From assembly GCA_965198065.1 (NCBI GenBank), contig CBDAON010000004.1:384001-448000 (forward strand): a DNA stretch of 64,000 nucleotides, written 5' to 3'. This DNA comes from Longimicrobiales bacterium. GTDB taxonomy: Bacteria > Gemmatimonadota > Gemmatimonadetes > Longimicrobiales > Gaopeijiaceae. Below the pieces are notes generated by a model. The model did not search any database. It saw nothing but the letters and a program-made list of their open reading frames with translations, and was not told where the DNA came from. Each line of letters starts with the position of its first letter. Position 1 is the stretch's first letter. Positions 30,790-41,806 of the stretch are shown piece after piece. The position numbers and the translations under genes are program-made.

Positions 30790-32010
30790 ATGAAAAAGGA
30801 ATTGGGGTCTCGGATCCAGGATCGGCGTTCGTGCCTCCTGGGCCTCCTCGTAGCGTTGGCCGCCATCGGTCTGGCCCGGACGGTCGACGCCCAGCAGTTC
30901 CCGTTGCCGGAGCCGTTCGCGACGCCCTCCGCTCGCGCCTCCGCGCAGGTGATCGAACGGGCTCCCAGCTCCCAGCTTCAGCTGCCAAGTGGCTTCAGCG
31001 TTGAGGTGTTCGCTGAGAACCTGCCAGGCGTTCGAACCATGCGGCTGGCGCCGAACGGAGACCTCTTCGTGGCCCAGTCACGCGCCGGAACGGTGACGGT
31101 GCTGCGGGATACGAATCGGGACGGTGTGCCCGATACCCGAAGCACCTACATCGACGGTCTCGGCGGCGTTTTCGGAATCGCCTTCCAGCCCGGGTACATC
31201 TATCTCGGAGCACCCGAGCGCGTCGTCCGGGTGCCCTACACGCCGGGCGAGATCGTGGCGCGGGGCGACCCCGAAACGCTCGCCGAGCTGCCGGGTGGGG
31301 GCCACAGTTCACGGAACATCGTCTTCAACCGGGCGGGAACCAAGATGTACGTGGCCGTGGGATCGCGGTCCAACAAGAGCGAGGGAGAGGACCCCGTACG
31401 CGCCGCCATCAACGAGTACAACCCGGACGGTACCGGGCACCGGATCTTCGCGTCCGGCCTTCGGAACCCGGTGGGGCTCACCCTCCAACCCGGCACGGAT
31501 ATCATCTGGACCTCGGTGAACGAGCGCGACACCCTCGGCGACGACCTCGTGCCGGATTACATCACCTCCGTTCAGGACGGGGGTTTCTACGGCTGGCCGT
31601 ACTCGTACCTCGGGAGCAACCCCGATCCCGAGCATGTGGGGAAGCGTCCGGACTTGGTTGGAAGGGCGATCGTGCCCGATGTATGGATTCCCGCTCACGC
31701 CGCGGCGCTGAGCGTGACCTTCTATACGGGCGACCAGTTCCCGGAGCGGTACCGCGGCGGCGCCTTCGTGGGCCTCCATGGGTCCTGGAACCGCTCTATC
31801 CCAAGTGGTTACAGGGTCGGATTCGTTCCGTTCGAGAACGGCCAGCCGGCCGGGCCGATCGAGGACTTTCTCACGGGCTGGCTGTCGAGCGACGGGACCA
31901 CCACATGGGGCCGGCCCGTGGATGGCCTGGTCACCCAGGACGGATCCCTTCTCGTTTCGGACGACGGGGGAGGGAGGATCTGGCGCGTGCGCCACACGGG
32001 GATGGAGTAG
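30790..32010 (+). CDS. Sorbosone dehydrogenase-family protein
   Basis: ASGLRNPVG, VNERDTLGDDLVPDY, FYGWPY, HGSWNR, GRPV, VSDD. Confidence 0.9.
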   Translation: MKKELGSRIQDRRSCLLGLLVALAAIGLARTVDAQQFPLPEPFATPSARASAQVIERAPSSQLQLPSGFSVEVFAENLPGVRTMRLAPNGDLFVAQSRAGTVTVLRDTNRDGVPDTRSTYIDGLGGVFGIAFQPGYIYLGAPERVVRVPYTPGEIVARGDPETLAELPGGGHSSRNIVFNRAGTKMYVAVGSRSNKSEGEDPVRAAINEYNPDGTGHRIFASGLRNPVGLTLQPGTDIIWTSVNERDTLGDDLVPDYITSVQDGGFYGWPYSYLGSNPDPEHVGKRPDLVGRAIVPDVWIPAHAAALSVTFYTGDQFPERYRGGAFVGLHGSWNRSIPSGYRVGFVPFENGQPAGPIEDFLTGWLSSDGTTTWGRPVDGLVTQDGSLLVSDDGGGRIWRVRHTGME

Positions 32011-32137
32011 GAGGGAAGCCCGTCGGGACCGAGGGTCCTCCGTGCTGGCGCGACGCGACGACTACAGCAAGGTTGGAGGTGAAGCCCGGCGTGCATCACA
32101 GGTGCGATCGGCTCTCTTCCGGAGAAGAAGGTGGACC

Positions 32138-33050
32138 GTGTGGCCTCGCGCTCTGTCATCCCTACTAGTGGTAGCCATGGCCGTAGGTGTTGGGGAGGCC
32201 GTGGGAAGCCTCCGAGATCCAGGAGCCCACATGTGGCGGCCCCTCGCCGGTGAGCATGGTCCAGTCGCCGGCCCCGGCTGCCCCCCTTCCTCCCGCGCCC
32301 GGCACGCTTCTCAGCACCGATCGCGTCGGGTACCCGCAAGGATACCGGTCGTCGTTCAGCCAGTTCTACGTATTCGATCGGTTCGACGCCCGCAGCATTT
32401 CCTTCGTCTGTGCCAACGAGATCGCTACGCGGGTTCAACCAGGTCAGCCGTATCCCTACGGCAGTATCCTGGTCTTCGAGTCCTGGCGACCGGTCGTTGA
32501 CGCGAACGACAACCTCGTCATGGACGCTGACGGACACCTCATCCGATCTCAGCTCTCGGGGATCTTCGTGATGCGAAAGGAGCAAGGTTTCGGAACGGGG
32601 TACGGCGACGCACGCTCGGGAGAGTGGGAGTACGTGTCGTTCCGTCCGGATGGAACGTACCAGAGTGCACCCGAAAACACGGCCAATTGCGCTGCTTGCC
32701 ATGGTGCCGGAGCGGCTGCCGCGCGGGACCACGTCTTCCGAACGAACGTCCACCAGCTCCCGGGACAGTACGCTCGATCAGACGAGATACGCGAAGGCGA
32801 GGTGGGGATCACGCGGATGGGATTTCGAGCTTCCAACCGTGCCATACCGGTCGGGACGACGGTGGTATGGAGAAATAGCACCATCGATCAGACGCCCCAC
32901 GCGGTGACCGCGACCGGAGGGACGTTCAGCTCGGACGTGCTCGGCCCCGGTGAGACCTTCAGCCATACCTTCACGGCGCCGGGCCGCTACGAGTACAGGT
33001 GCGCCCTGCATCCGGATCAGATGCGCGGGGTCATCGAGGTAACAGATTGA
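32138..33050 (+). CDS. Cytochrome P460/c-prime-beta-fold domain fused to cupredoxin (frameshift in G run 32192-32195)
   Basis: YPYGSILVFE, IFVMRK, GEWEY, CAACH...DHVF; then PHAV...YRCALHPDQMRG type-1 Cu ligands; signal peptide in adjacent frame. Confidence 0.8.
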
Positions 33051-33174
33051 GATTCTCGGACGCGCTCTAGTCGTCCCGACCCTCTGGGGAGGCGCGTAAG
33101 CCACGAGGCTCCCCGACCGCCTCTCGCGAGAGCGACACAACCGGCCTGAGGAACGGGCCCCGACCGGCCGACGT

Positions 33175-34536
33175 GTGCCTCAGCCTTCCCTCTCCGAGAC
33201 CGAGACGCGGCTCCGGCGGGACGCGCTCTCGATCTTTCACCGAGCTCTTTCCGCCGCGGACCCCGAGGTCCTCGCCCGCAACGCATTGGTGGGGGTGCTG
33301 CTCTCGCAGCTGACCCCGCCGAAGGACGGACGACTCATCGTCCTTTCCGTTGGAAAGGCAGCGATCGCCATGGCCAGGGGCGCGACGGCGGTGCTCGGGG
33401 ACGCGGTCGCCGAGGGCGTTGCCGTGGCGCCGGCAGGGAGCGGAGGGCTGGCACCTACGGGGTTCAGGATCCACTTCGGCGGCCACCCCCTGCCGACCTC
33501 CGAAGGTGTGGCCGGGGCCATCGAGGTGAGGGACGTCGTGCGTGAGGCGAGCCCCCGGGACCGCATCCTTCTTCTCCTCTCTGGCGGCGGTTCAGCGCTC
33601 CTCACCCTCCCCCATCCGGGCATCTCTCTCGAAGACGTCCGGCTCGTCACCGAGCTACTTACGCTCGCCGGTGCGACGATCCGAGAGCTGAACGCGGTGC
33701 GGAAGCACGTTGAGTCGCTCAAGGGTGGCCGGCTGGCCTCGCTGGCTCACCCCGCTCCACTGACCGCCCTCGTTCTCTCGGACGTGGTGGGAGACCCTCT
33801 GGACGTCATCGCCTCTGGTCCGGTCTCCTTCGACCCGAGCACGTTTGCCGAGGCGATCACCGTGCTCGAGACCCGAGCTGTGTGGGAAAGCTTACCCAAC
33901 TCCGTCAGGACACACCTCGAGCGGGGAAGGAACGGTGGGGTCGAGGAGACGCCGAAGGAAGGAGCCACCGTCTTCAGCGGGGTGGACGTGAGGGTCGTCG
34001 GCAATGCGGCGCTGGCAGTCCGCAGCGCCGCGGAGGAGGCCAGACGCCTGGGCTATGACACCCGAGTGGAATCCACGGAAGTGATTGGGGAAGCTCGGGA
34101 CGTGGGCGCCGTCCTGGCAGCGAGCGCGCTCCGCCTGCGGGCGTCGAGCTCCCTACCGACCTGCCTGGTTTGCGCTGGGGAAACGACGGTAACGGTACGA
34201 GGAAGGGGCCTGGGAGGACGCAACCAGGAGGTCGCGCTCGGTGCTGCACGTCAGCTCGCAGGTGCGGAGGGGGTCCTGGTCTTCTCGGGCGGAACCGACG
34301 GTGTGGACGGCCCCACGGACGCGGCCGGTGCGATGGCGGCGGGGAGCACTGTCCCCCGCGCGCTCGCGATGGGGCTCGACCCCGACGACCACCTGGAGCG
34401 CAACGACGCCTACAGGTTCTTCGAGGCGTTGGGAGATCTGGTGAAGACCGGCCCCACCGGGACCAACGTCATGGACCTCATGCTGGCGATGGCTGCGGAC
34501 TCACCGCCGCCAAAGGTCGGGGTGGAAGAGGAGTAG
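33175..34536 (+). CDS. Glycerate 2-kinase (MOFRL/TtuD family)
   Basis: VGKAA, LSGGGSAL, ELNAVRKH, SDVVGD, GETTV, GGRNQE, GTDGVDGPT, TGPTGTNVMD. Confidence 0.95.
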   Translation: MPQPSLSETETRLRRDALSIFHRALSAADPEVLARNALVGVLLSQLTPPKDGRLIVLSVGKAAIAMARGATAVLGDAVAEGVAVAPAGSGGLAPTGFRIHFGGHPLPTSEGVAGAIEVRDVVREASPRDRILLLLSGGGSALLTLPHPGISLEDVRLVTELLTLAGATIRELNAVRKHVESLKGGRLASLAHPAPLTALVLSDVVGDPLDVIASGPVSFDPSTFAEAITVLETRAVWESLPNSVRTHLERGRNGGVEETPKEGATVFSGVDVRVVGNAALAVRSAAEEARRLGYDTRVESTEVIGEARDVGAVLAASALRLRASSSLPTCLVCAGETTVTVRGRGLGGRNQEVALGAARQLAGAEGVLVFSGGTDGVDGPTDAAGAMAAGSTVPRALAMGLDPDDHLERNDAYRFFEALGDLVKTGPTGTNVMDLMLAMAADSPPPKVGVEEE

Positions 34537-34554
34537 CACCGTGAAGATTCCAGG

Positions 34555-34650
34555 ATGGGGCTGGATGCGGGCGTTTCCCCTCGCATTTCGGCGGCGAACG
34601 CGATCCTGCGCTACCTGCGGAGAGGGCGGGTCACGTCGGTGGCCACGATC
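34555..34650 (+). pseudogene. trkA: Internal/C-terminal trkA fragment, inverted relative to the N-terminal fragment
   Basis: GLDAGVSPRISAANAILRYLRRGRVTSVATI matches the end of the second TrkA RCK_N domain. Confidence 0.7.
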
Positions 34651-35027
34651 TCCTGTTCGGGACCGATTAGGAGGTCCACCCCGAGCTCTTCCTTCGGGAG
34701 TCTGCTACGTAGGCTGAAGTGCTCCGGATGTCTCACCCGGGCCACCTTCACTCCGACCCCGCTCCAGGCCGCTACCATGCAGGCGATGAGGTTCACCTCG
34801 TCCACCCCGGATACCGCCATCACGATGTCGGTCTCCGATATCCCGGCTTCCTGGAGAACCTGGAGGGAGGCTCCGTTTCCCTGGATCGCCAGCACATCCA
34901 GACTGTCCACCGCCCTCTGGACCTTGGCCGGGTCCGGGTCCACGAGGACCACCTCGTGGGGCTCGTCCGTCAACCGACGGGCCAGATAAAAGCTTACCGC
35001 ACCAGCACCGATAACGAGGATCCGCAT
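34647..35027 (-). pseudogene. trkA: TrkA N-terminal fragment
   Basis: MRILVIGAGAV, GNGAS, DEVNLIAC, KVARVR, LGVDLLIGPEQE then abrupt end. Confidence 0.88.
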
Positions 35028-35254
35028 AACCCACCCCAAGCCTGAGCCCTGACTCGGGACTTCGCCAGGGACCTGGACGAGCCCCGGCGGAATCCGCGCC
35101 GAGAACGGAAGCTGACAGAGCGGCCCAAGGGCAGCAAGCGCTCACGGAGCTCTACCGATGGACCTTCGTCTTCACGGCCGACGAGTTGCAGGCTGAACGG
35201 GGCTAGCCTAGTATGCGCGCCTCTTCTTTCCGGACGTTTCACGCTTCCCGACCG

Positions 35255-36102
35255 GAGGAAGACGGCCAATTCCTCACCGGCCGGACCGTCAGCTGGAGCA
35301 CGACCAATGCAGCGGTTGCGGCGATCAGCCCAAACGGCCGGCTCACCACGGGCGTGCCCGGCACGGCGACGATTCGGGCAGCGAGCGAAGGCCGCACGGG
35401 TACCCTCCCGCTCACGGTGGAGCCCTCGGACTGGTGCGAGTATCTGTTGCCTTACTCCATCGGAACGACCGTGTCCGGAAGGCTCGAGACCAGCGACTGC
35501 CAGCTGGGCGGCGATGATAGCTACGTCGATTATTACGCCATCGAGATCCCGTCCCCACAGGGGGGATGTCGTCCGATCAGGTGGACCCCTTTCTTCTCAT
35601 GAGTGACGCCTCGGACGACGGGCTCGGGTTCAACGACGACAGCGCGGGCTCGCTTAATGCAACGCTCCGCATGTTGCTCGCGTCGGGCAGCTACCAGCTC
35701 TGGGCGAACGCGGACGACGAGGAGACGGGAGACTACACGCTCCCGTCGCTGCCGGGCCCATCCAACGTGACCGGGTGCATAGACATCTGGATCATGGCCG
35801 GTCTGGAGGCGACGCAGAGCCTCACGGCCAACGACTGCCTCACGGACGGGTTCTATTCCGACCAGTACTGGATATTCCTCGCGGCGAACGCCAGAGTGAC
35901 GATCTCCATGGACTCCGGCGAGATGGACACCTATCTCCGGATCCTTAACATCTCCGGCAACGTTCTTCGGCAGGACGACGACAGCGGCCCCGGCACGAAT
36001 GCCCGCCTGGTGTTCAGCGCACCCTCCACGGGGGCGTACGTGATCGACGCGAGGACGTTCTCGACGCAGGTGCTCGGGAGCTACACGCTCACCGTCCAGT
36101 AG
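35255..36102 (+). pseudogene. BIG2 + PPC (pre-peptidase C-terminal) domain protein, 5'-truncated and frameshifted near 35560
   Basis: GRTVSWSTTNAAVAAIS...ATIRAASEG; two D(P/T)(F/Y)L...(N/D)DDS(A/G) PPC units. Confidence 0.75.
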
Positions 36103-39100
36103 CGCGGGCGCCCCTCGGCCGAAGCCGCGATCTCGCGCGTCCACCAGACGGCGAGCGACGCGACCACGACGAGCCCTACCAGACTGCCGACCCTCACCCC
36201 GGGATACGCTCCAGCGAGGAGCCCCGCGAGGAAATCGGCTCCAATCAGCGTCGCAATGATGCCCGGGATCAGAGCGGGCGCACGCGCGCCGAGACGCGTC
36301 AGGCCGAAGACTACGGCCGCACCCAGGAGAGCCGTGGGAGCCCAAGTGAGAAGAGACTCCTGGAGCGGCTCGGGGACCAGGAGCAGCCCCGCCGCAAGGG
36401 TCGCTATGTACAACGCGGCGGACAACCAAGGACGTCCCCGCGACCTCAGCGCGAGCCCGCTAAGCAGGAGCAGCCCGGTGGTCACGAGGAGGTACGCGAA
36501 GGTGGCCTGGAACGCACCAGCCAGTGGCGGGACGAACGACACCGCCCCGCTGAATTCTGGCCATGTAGGCAGGCCCCCGGAGAGGAGCTCGCCGGCGGTC
36601 CCGAGCCCGAGGAGAACGGAGCCCACTGCTACGGCAGCCCCCGGGGCAGCGGGCCCTCCCGGCCTGTCTGCAAGCCACGTGTGGGCCAGCGCGGCCACGA
36701 GACCGATCGCCGCCGATCCGACGAGAACCGCGAGGGAGCCCCCGAATATCGCGATCCCCGCCTGAAGACCCCACGGTCGGGTCGGTGAAAACACTGCCGT
36801 GGTCGCCGGCCAGGAGTTCGCCTGCCCCAGCCCCAACGCCAGCAAAGCAAGGAGGGTCGCCTGGACGAGCGGCCGCGTCTCCAGCCGCCGTTTCGCCCAC
36901 GCCATCACTGCCAGCACGCCCGCGGCGACGAACCCGAGCAGGAGCACGAGCCCTGCGCCCGCCGTCACCAGCGTTCGGAGCGCCTCGCCGCCCCGCCGAG
37001 CGCGTTCCCACTCCTCGGGCACGCTCACCGAGCGACTCACATCCACCACCTCGTCGCCCGCCAGCTGCACCGTCAGCCGCGCCTCTCCGGCTACGCCCGC
37101 AAGCACCGAGGGGTCTTCGAATGTGAACTCCCAGTCAGTGCGCGCCGGGCGCGTCGTCTGAACGGCACCGACGTCTTCCAACGACCCCGCGTCAATCCCG
37201 AACCGATCCCGGATGACACGCAGCGCGGCGGCTCGGGCGTTCTCCTCCTCCAGGCGCGCCCCGGGGCGTGCCTCGGGCAGGACATGCTCGATGTGCAAGG
37301 GCTCGGGCGCCGCTCCGAGGGCGCCCCCGAGATGGACCCGAAACTCCTCGACCCGCTCCTCCGGGTCCGCCGCGAAGTCCACGGACCGCACCACCCAGCG
37401 GGGGCCGGCCAGATAGGTCCCGAGCAGACTCGCGTACACCTCCTCGCCGGCTTCCTCGAAGACGTACCGGTGGTCGTCCCCCCGGTTCGAAGGCACTGCG
37501 GCGAGGGCTCTCCACGACCCCACCGGATTGCCACGTTCCCCGAGCGCATCGAGGGCGACCGCGATGACCTCGCCCCTTGACTGCGTCAGTCGGGGCACGT
37601 CGCCCACGGACCTGACCACGCCGGCCCCCCACACGAGCGCACCGGCCGCGCCGAACAGGTACGCCACCCACCGGGGAAGTAGAAGGCTCCGCGCGCCGTG
37701 CCTCGCAACCGGTTCGCCCGCGGGAGCGATCGCTTCGGCGACGGGCGCGGCGACTTCTCCGGCAGAAGCGGCGGCCGCCTCGGACGGCTTCCCCTTCGCC
37801 TGCACCACCGGCTCCTCGACCGCGGTCGCCTCCACCGCGGGCGGCCCCCGGTCCTGCGGCTTCCAGGCCCGATTGTACGCCCACTCGGGCGCCTCGGCGC
37901 GGGCGCGCCCGCCGAGCCGCGCCCTGGCCACTATCACGAGCGGCACCACCCCCACCGCCACCACCATCGCGCGGTCGAAGAGGGTGCCGGGTGCCGCCGA
38001 GGCGAAGAGCGGAAGAGAGATCAGCGAGAGGTCGTACGCGAAGTGAGTGAGGATCGTCGGAACGAGACCGAAGTAGAGGTAGATCGCGCCCCAGAGAAAC
38101 GCGGGGAACGTGAGCTCGACGACACGCGCGTAGGCGGGCTGCTGCGGGTAGTTGGCGTGGGCTGCGGCGAAGACGATGGCCTGGAGCGCCACCGCACCCC
38201 AGATCCAGACGCTCTTCCTGCCGTAGCGCGCACCCAGGAGCGCCGCACACGCGATGGGGACCGCGCGGAACACGCTCTCCTCCCAGAACGCCGCAAAGAG
38301 CGAGATCGACACCGCCTGAAGCCAGGGCTGAAAGGTCGCGAGCAAGTCCGGCTGCACCAGCGCCTCGGCGGGTGACCACCATCCCTCGAGCAGCGACGTG
38401 CCCAAGTAGAAGAGCACCACGTACCCGAGCCCGATCCCCAGGAGCAGATACGCGGCCACGGTTCGCCCAAGAGCAGGCGTGGACGCCGCCACCTCGGAGG
38501 ACCAGAAGCGCCACTGCTGGAGGTGGCCGGGAAAGGCACGCCGGCCGAGTGATTCCCCCGCCAGGAAGAAGAACGCGAAGAGCGGCGTGCCCACCACTGC
38601 GACCACACCCGCCACAGCCAGCTGCTCGAGCAGAAAGGTCCGAACCGAGACGGCGGGGTCGTAGGCCATCCAGGCCAGCGGGAGGGCGTTGGCGATCCCA
38701 AGGCCGAGGAGAACCGCGGTGACCCCGCCCCAGAGCAGGGGCGTACGCCAGACGACCCAACCCTGCCTCATGAGCAGGGCCGTTCCCACGACCCCTCCCA
38801 GAAGCACGAAGACAAGGATGAACACCGACTGAGAGACGAGGGCGATGGCATCGTTGGCCGACCGCATGTCCAGATAGCGCTGGGAGAAGGCCTCTGGCAC
38901 GTAGACGAAGTGGGTAAGCTGGGAAGCCCGGTTCCCGGCGACCTCGATCCGAAGCCGGAAGCCGCCGTCACCGGGCGCGGCGTCGGTCCGCTCGAACACC
39001 AACGTGTGGTCCACCCGCCCGCCCGGCTGGGTCTCCTCCGACGACTCCAGGAGCTCGAAGGAGCCGAGATCCACCCCCCACTCCTCCGCCGTCCGCTCGG

Positions 39101-39554
39101 CCACGGCGCGCGCCTCTTCCTCCGAGAGGTTGCCCCCGCCGGGATCGTCCTCGGAGAGCTGGAGGCTGAATCCATACGCCTGGCCTGCGGGTGTGAAGCG
39201 CACGCGGCTCTCCTCTACCGCCCCCTCCGCGAACCGTCGAACGCTCCACACGTACGGGTGGTAGATGCCGCTCTCCGCGAGCTCCACGAAGGCGTCCCGT
39301 CCCCCTCCCTCCAGCTCGACGTACGTCTGCACCTCGGGATCGATCTGGCCGAACGTGGCGGCCGCTCGGGCTTCGGGCGGGTCCCACCCGTACCGGAGGG
39401 CAAGGGCCTCGGCCTCGGCAACGGCCGCATCGCGATCCATCGCGATGTCCAGCGTGATGATGGGGAACGCGGCCGGAAAGAGCCGGACCGCGGCGACGAA
39501 GCCCGCCACGCCGAGGACGGCGAAGACGATCCAGAAGGTCGGGCGACGCGTCAT
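36081..39554 (-). CDS. Large CPBP (type II CAAX protease) family membrane protein with internal duplication
   Basis: WEESVFR, FAAAHANYPQQP, HFAYD motifs; about 1157 aa; converging 22-nt overlap with the previous gene. Confidence 0.88.
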   Translation of the reverse strand: MTRRPTFWIVFAVLGVAGFVAAVRLFPAAFPIITLDIAMDRDAAVAEAEALALRYGWDPPEARAAATFGQIDPEVQTYVELEGGGRDAFVELAESGIYHPYVWSVRRFAEGAVEESRVRFTPAGQAYGFSLQLSEDDPGGGNLSEEEARAVAERTAEEWGVDLGSFELLESSEETQPGGRVDHTLVFERTDAAPGDGGFRLRIEVAGNRASQLTHFVYVPEAFSQRYLDMRSANDAIALVSQSVFILVFVLLGGVVGTALLMRQGWVVWRTPLLWGGVTAVLLGLGIANALPLAWMAYDPAVSVRTFLLEQLAVAGVVAVVGTPLFAFFFLAGESLGRRAFPGHLQQWRFWSSEVAASTPALGRTVAAYLLLGIGLGYVVLFYLGTSLLEGWWSPAEALVQPDLLATFQPWLQAVSISLFAAFWEESVFRAVPIACAALLGARYGRKSVWIWGAVALQAIVFAAAHANYPQQPAYARVVELTFPAFLWGAIYLYFGLVPTILTHFAYDLSLISLPLFASAAPGTLFDRAMVVAVGVVPLVIVARARLGGRARAEAPEWAYNRAWKPQDRGPPAVEATAVEEPVVQAKGKPSEAAAASAGEVAAPVAEAIAPAGEPVARHGARSLLLPRWVAYLFGAAGALVWGAGVVRSVGDVPRLTQSRGEVIAVALDALGERGNPVGSWRALAAVPSNRGDDHRYVFEEAGEEVYASLLGTYLAGPRWVVRSVDFAADPEERVEEFRVHLGGALGAAPEPLHIEHVLPEARPGARLEEENARAAALRVIRDRFGIDAGSLEDVGAVQTTRPARTDWEFTFEDPSVLAGVAGEARLTVQLAGDEVVDVSRSVSVPEEWERARRGGEALRTLVTAGAGLVLLLGFVAAGVLAVMAWAKRRLETRPLVQATLLALLALGLGQANSWPATTAVFSPTRPWGLQAGIAIFGGSLAVLVGSAAIGLVAALAHTWLADRPGGPAAPGAAVAVGSVLLGLGTAGELLSGGLPTWPEFSGAVSFVPPLAGAFQATFAYLLVTTGLLLLSGLALRSRGRPWLSAALYIATLAAGLLLVPEPLQESLLTWAPTALLGAAVVFGLTRLGARAPALIPGIIATLIGADFLAGLLAGAYPGVRVGSLVGLVVVASLAVWWTREIAASAEGRPRYWTVSV

Positions 39555-39936
39555 GGGCTGCCTCCCCGGGCGGTGGGGGCTCGCCGAGGAACCTACCGCG
39601 CCGTTCGGACTGTTCGCAAACCGAGTCTCCTTGCCGCGTTTTGCGAGAGAGGGCCGGGGGGATCCGACCCAGCGGACGGGCCTGCTCAACCGCTCCAAGC
39701 CCCTGCGCTCCAACCATTTCCACTCTCCCACACCCCTCTCTGGCACGGAGGCTGCAGAGGAGATGGGGCAGTACAGCAGAGCAGCGACCGGGTCCGCGAG
39801 GACCGTGTTACGCAGCCGGGCCGCCCCCGGGGGGTGGCTCTCGCTCGACGAGCACGGTCCTCGCTTTCGTTTTGGCCGCGCTCGCCCAGCCGGTCCTCTG
39901 CCTTCGAACGAGGGAACCCGAACGAGGTGGAGAACC

Positions 39937-41723
39937 ATGACGAAGACGACACGGCGACTGCGGAAGCTGGCGGTGGTGGTAACCCTCGTCCCTGCGGGCT
40001 GCGACGTGCCGAGCCCCACGAACCTGGTGGACGACGTGACGGAGGGTCCGGCCGGGTCCTTCGGCATCGTCCTTCAGGCAGCGTCGACCCCGAGCCCGGC
40101 CCCGATCCCGCAAGGACCGGCCCTGGCCACCATCTCCCTGGACGGCGTGGCGTCCATCACCCTGGAAGTCGGATCGGTCGAAGCGAAGCGGGAAGGCGGA
40201 GGATGGGTGACCGCCGGAGTGGTGAACGCCACGGTGGAACTCATCGACCTGCCCGAAGAGGGGCTCGAGCTCCTCGAAGGCTCCCTTCCCACGGGCAGCT
40301 ACGAGAAGCTTCGGCTCTTCCTCACCGCCGTGCCAACCATCACGCTGGAGGAAGACCTTCGGGTCGGCCCGATCACCCTCGAAGCCGGTGCGCATCCCCT
40401 CTTCATCCCGAGCGTGGAGCCGAACGGCCTTCGTCTTCACGCCGAGTTCGAGGTGGACGCGGACGGGGAGGTCCTGACCATCGTATTCGACGCCAGCGCC
40501 ACGGTCCGGAAGGTGACCGCCACGGGCTCCGGTGTCGTCGAGGTCTCCCCGGAGCTTCAGGTGAAGAGCCAGGACGGCGAATACGTCGGTGCGCTGGAGG
40601 TGGACGGCGAGGATCGGGACCCGGGGGAGGAGCCCGAGGTCGAGAGGGTGGCGGTGGGGGCCCGGTGACCGCGGTTGACCCCGATGAGGGCACCTTCACC
40701 GTGGCGAAGGGCGATGACGAAGTGCTGGTCGTGGTAGGCGAGGGAGCCGAGTTCGACGGCGACTTCGACGCCCTGAGCGGAGTCGCGGAGGCCCTCGAGG
40801 AAGGCCAGGCCGTGCGAGCCGAAGCCGCCGGCACGCTTCGAGACGACGGTGCCCTCGTGGCCGACGAGGTCCTGTTCGTGGTCGTGGAGGAGGATCCCGA
40901 GCCTGACGTCGAGGAGGTCGAACTGGGCGGCGATGTCACGGCCGTCAACCTGGAGGAGGGTGTCTTCACCCTGTTGAAGGGTGACGACGAGGTGACAGTG
41001 GTGGTGAACGACGCCACCGTCTTCCACGGGGAATTCGAGACCCTGGGCAGCGTTGCCGAAGCCCTCGAGGCGGGGCGCGCCGTGAGGGGTGAAGCGCTCG
41101 GCGTCCTCCAGGACGACGGCTCCGTGCTCGCAGCCGAGGTGGCGTTCGGAATCGTGGAGGAAGACCTCGGTGACAACGTCGACGAGGAAGAGCCGGAGGT
41201 CGAGAGGGTGGCAGTCGGGGGCCCGGTGACCGCGGTTGACCCCGATGAGGGCACCTTCACCGTGGCGAAGGGCGATGACGAAGTGCTGGTCGTGGTAGGC
41301 GAGGGAGCCGAGTTCGACGGCGACTTCGACGCCCTGAGCGGAGTCGCGGAGGCCCTCGAGGAAGGCCAGGCCGTGCGAGCCGAAGCCGCCGGCACGCTTC
41401 GAGACGACGGTGCCCTCGTGGCCGACGAGGTCCTGTTCGTGGTCGTGGAGGAGGATCCCGAGCCTGACGTCGAGGAGGTCGAACTGGGCGGCGATGTCAC
41501 GGCCGTCAACCTGGAGGAGGGTGTCTTCACCCTGTTGAAGGGTGACGACGAGGTGACAGTGGTGGTGAACGACGCCACCGTCTTCCACGGGGAATTCGAG
41601 ACCCTGGGCAGCGTTGCCGAAGCCCTCGAGGCGGGGCGCGCCGTGAGGGGTGAAGCGCTCGGCGTCCTCCAGGACGACGGCTCCGTGCTCGCAGCCGAGG
41701 TGGCGTTCGGAATCGTGGACTGA
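39937..41723 (+). CDS. Lipoprotein with DUF4382-like domain and four DUF5666-like repeats (frameshift near 40655)
   Basis: Lipobox VPAGC; LPTGSYEKLRL, IVFDASAT; repeated G.VTAV....GxF.......V.V...T.F...V.AEG....DG...A.EV. Confidence 0.8.
40656..41719. repeat. Direct repeat of about 503 bp, period 561 bp, apparently identical
   Basis: 40656-41158 versus 41217-41719. Confidence 0.92.
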
Positions 41724-41806
41724 GGCAGACGCTGCCGCATGCCAGGGAGCGTGAACCCGCGCTCGACGAGGTTGCCCCTGAGGATCGGTGGCTGGATGTT
41801 GGCGAT

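Noticed and set aside
38910..41740. Long ORFs 38910-41723 (5' part), 40403-41740 and similar Arg/Pro/Ser-rich ORFs across the window
   Set aside because: High-GC shadow frames of genuine genes
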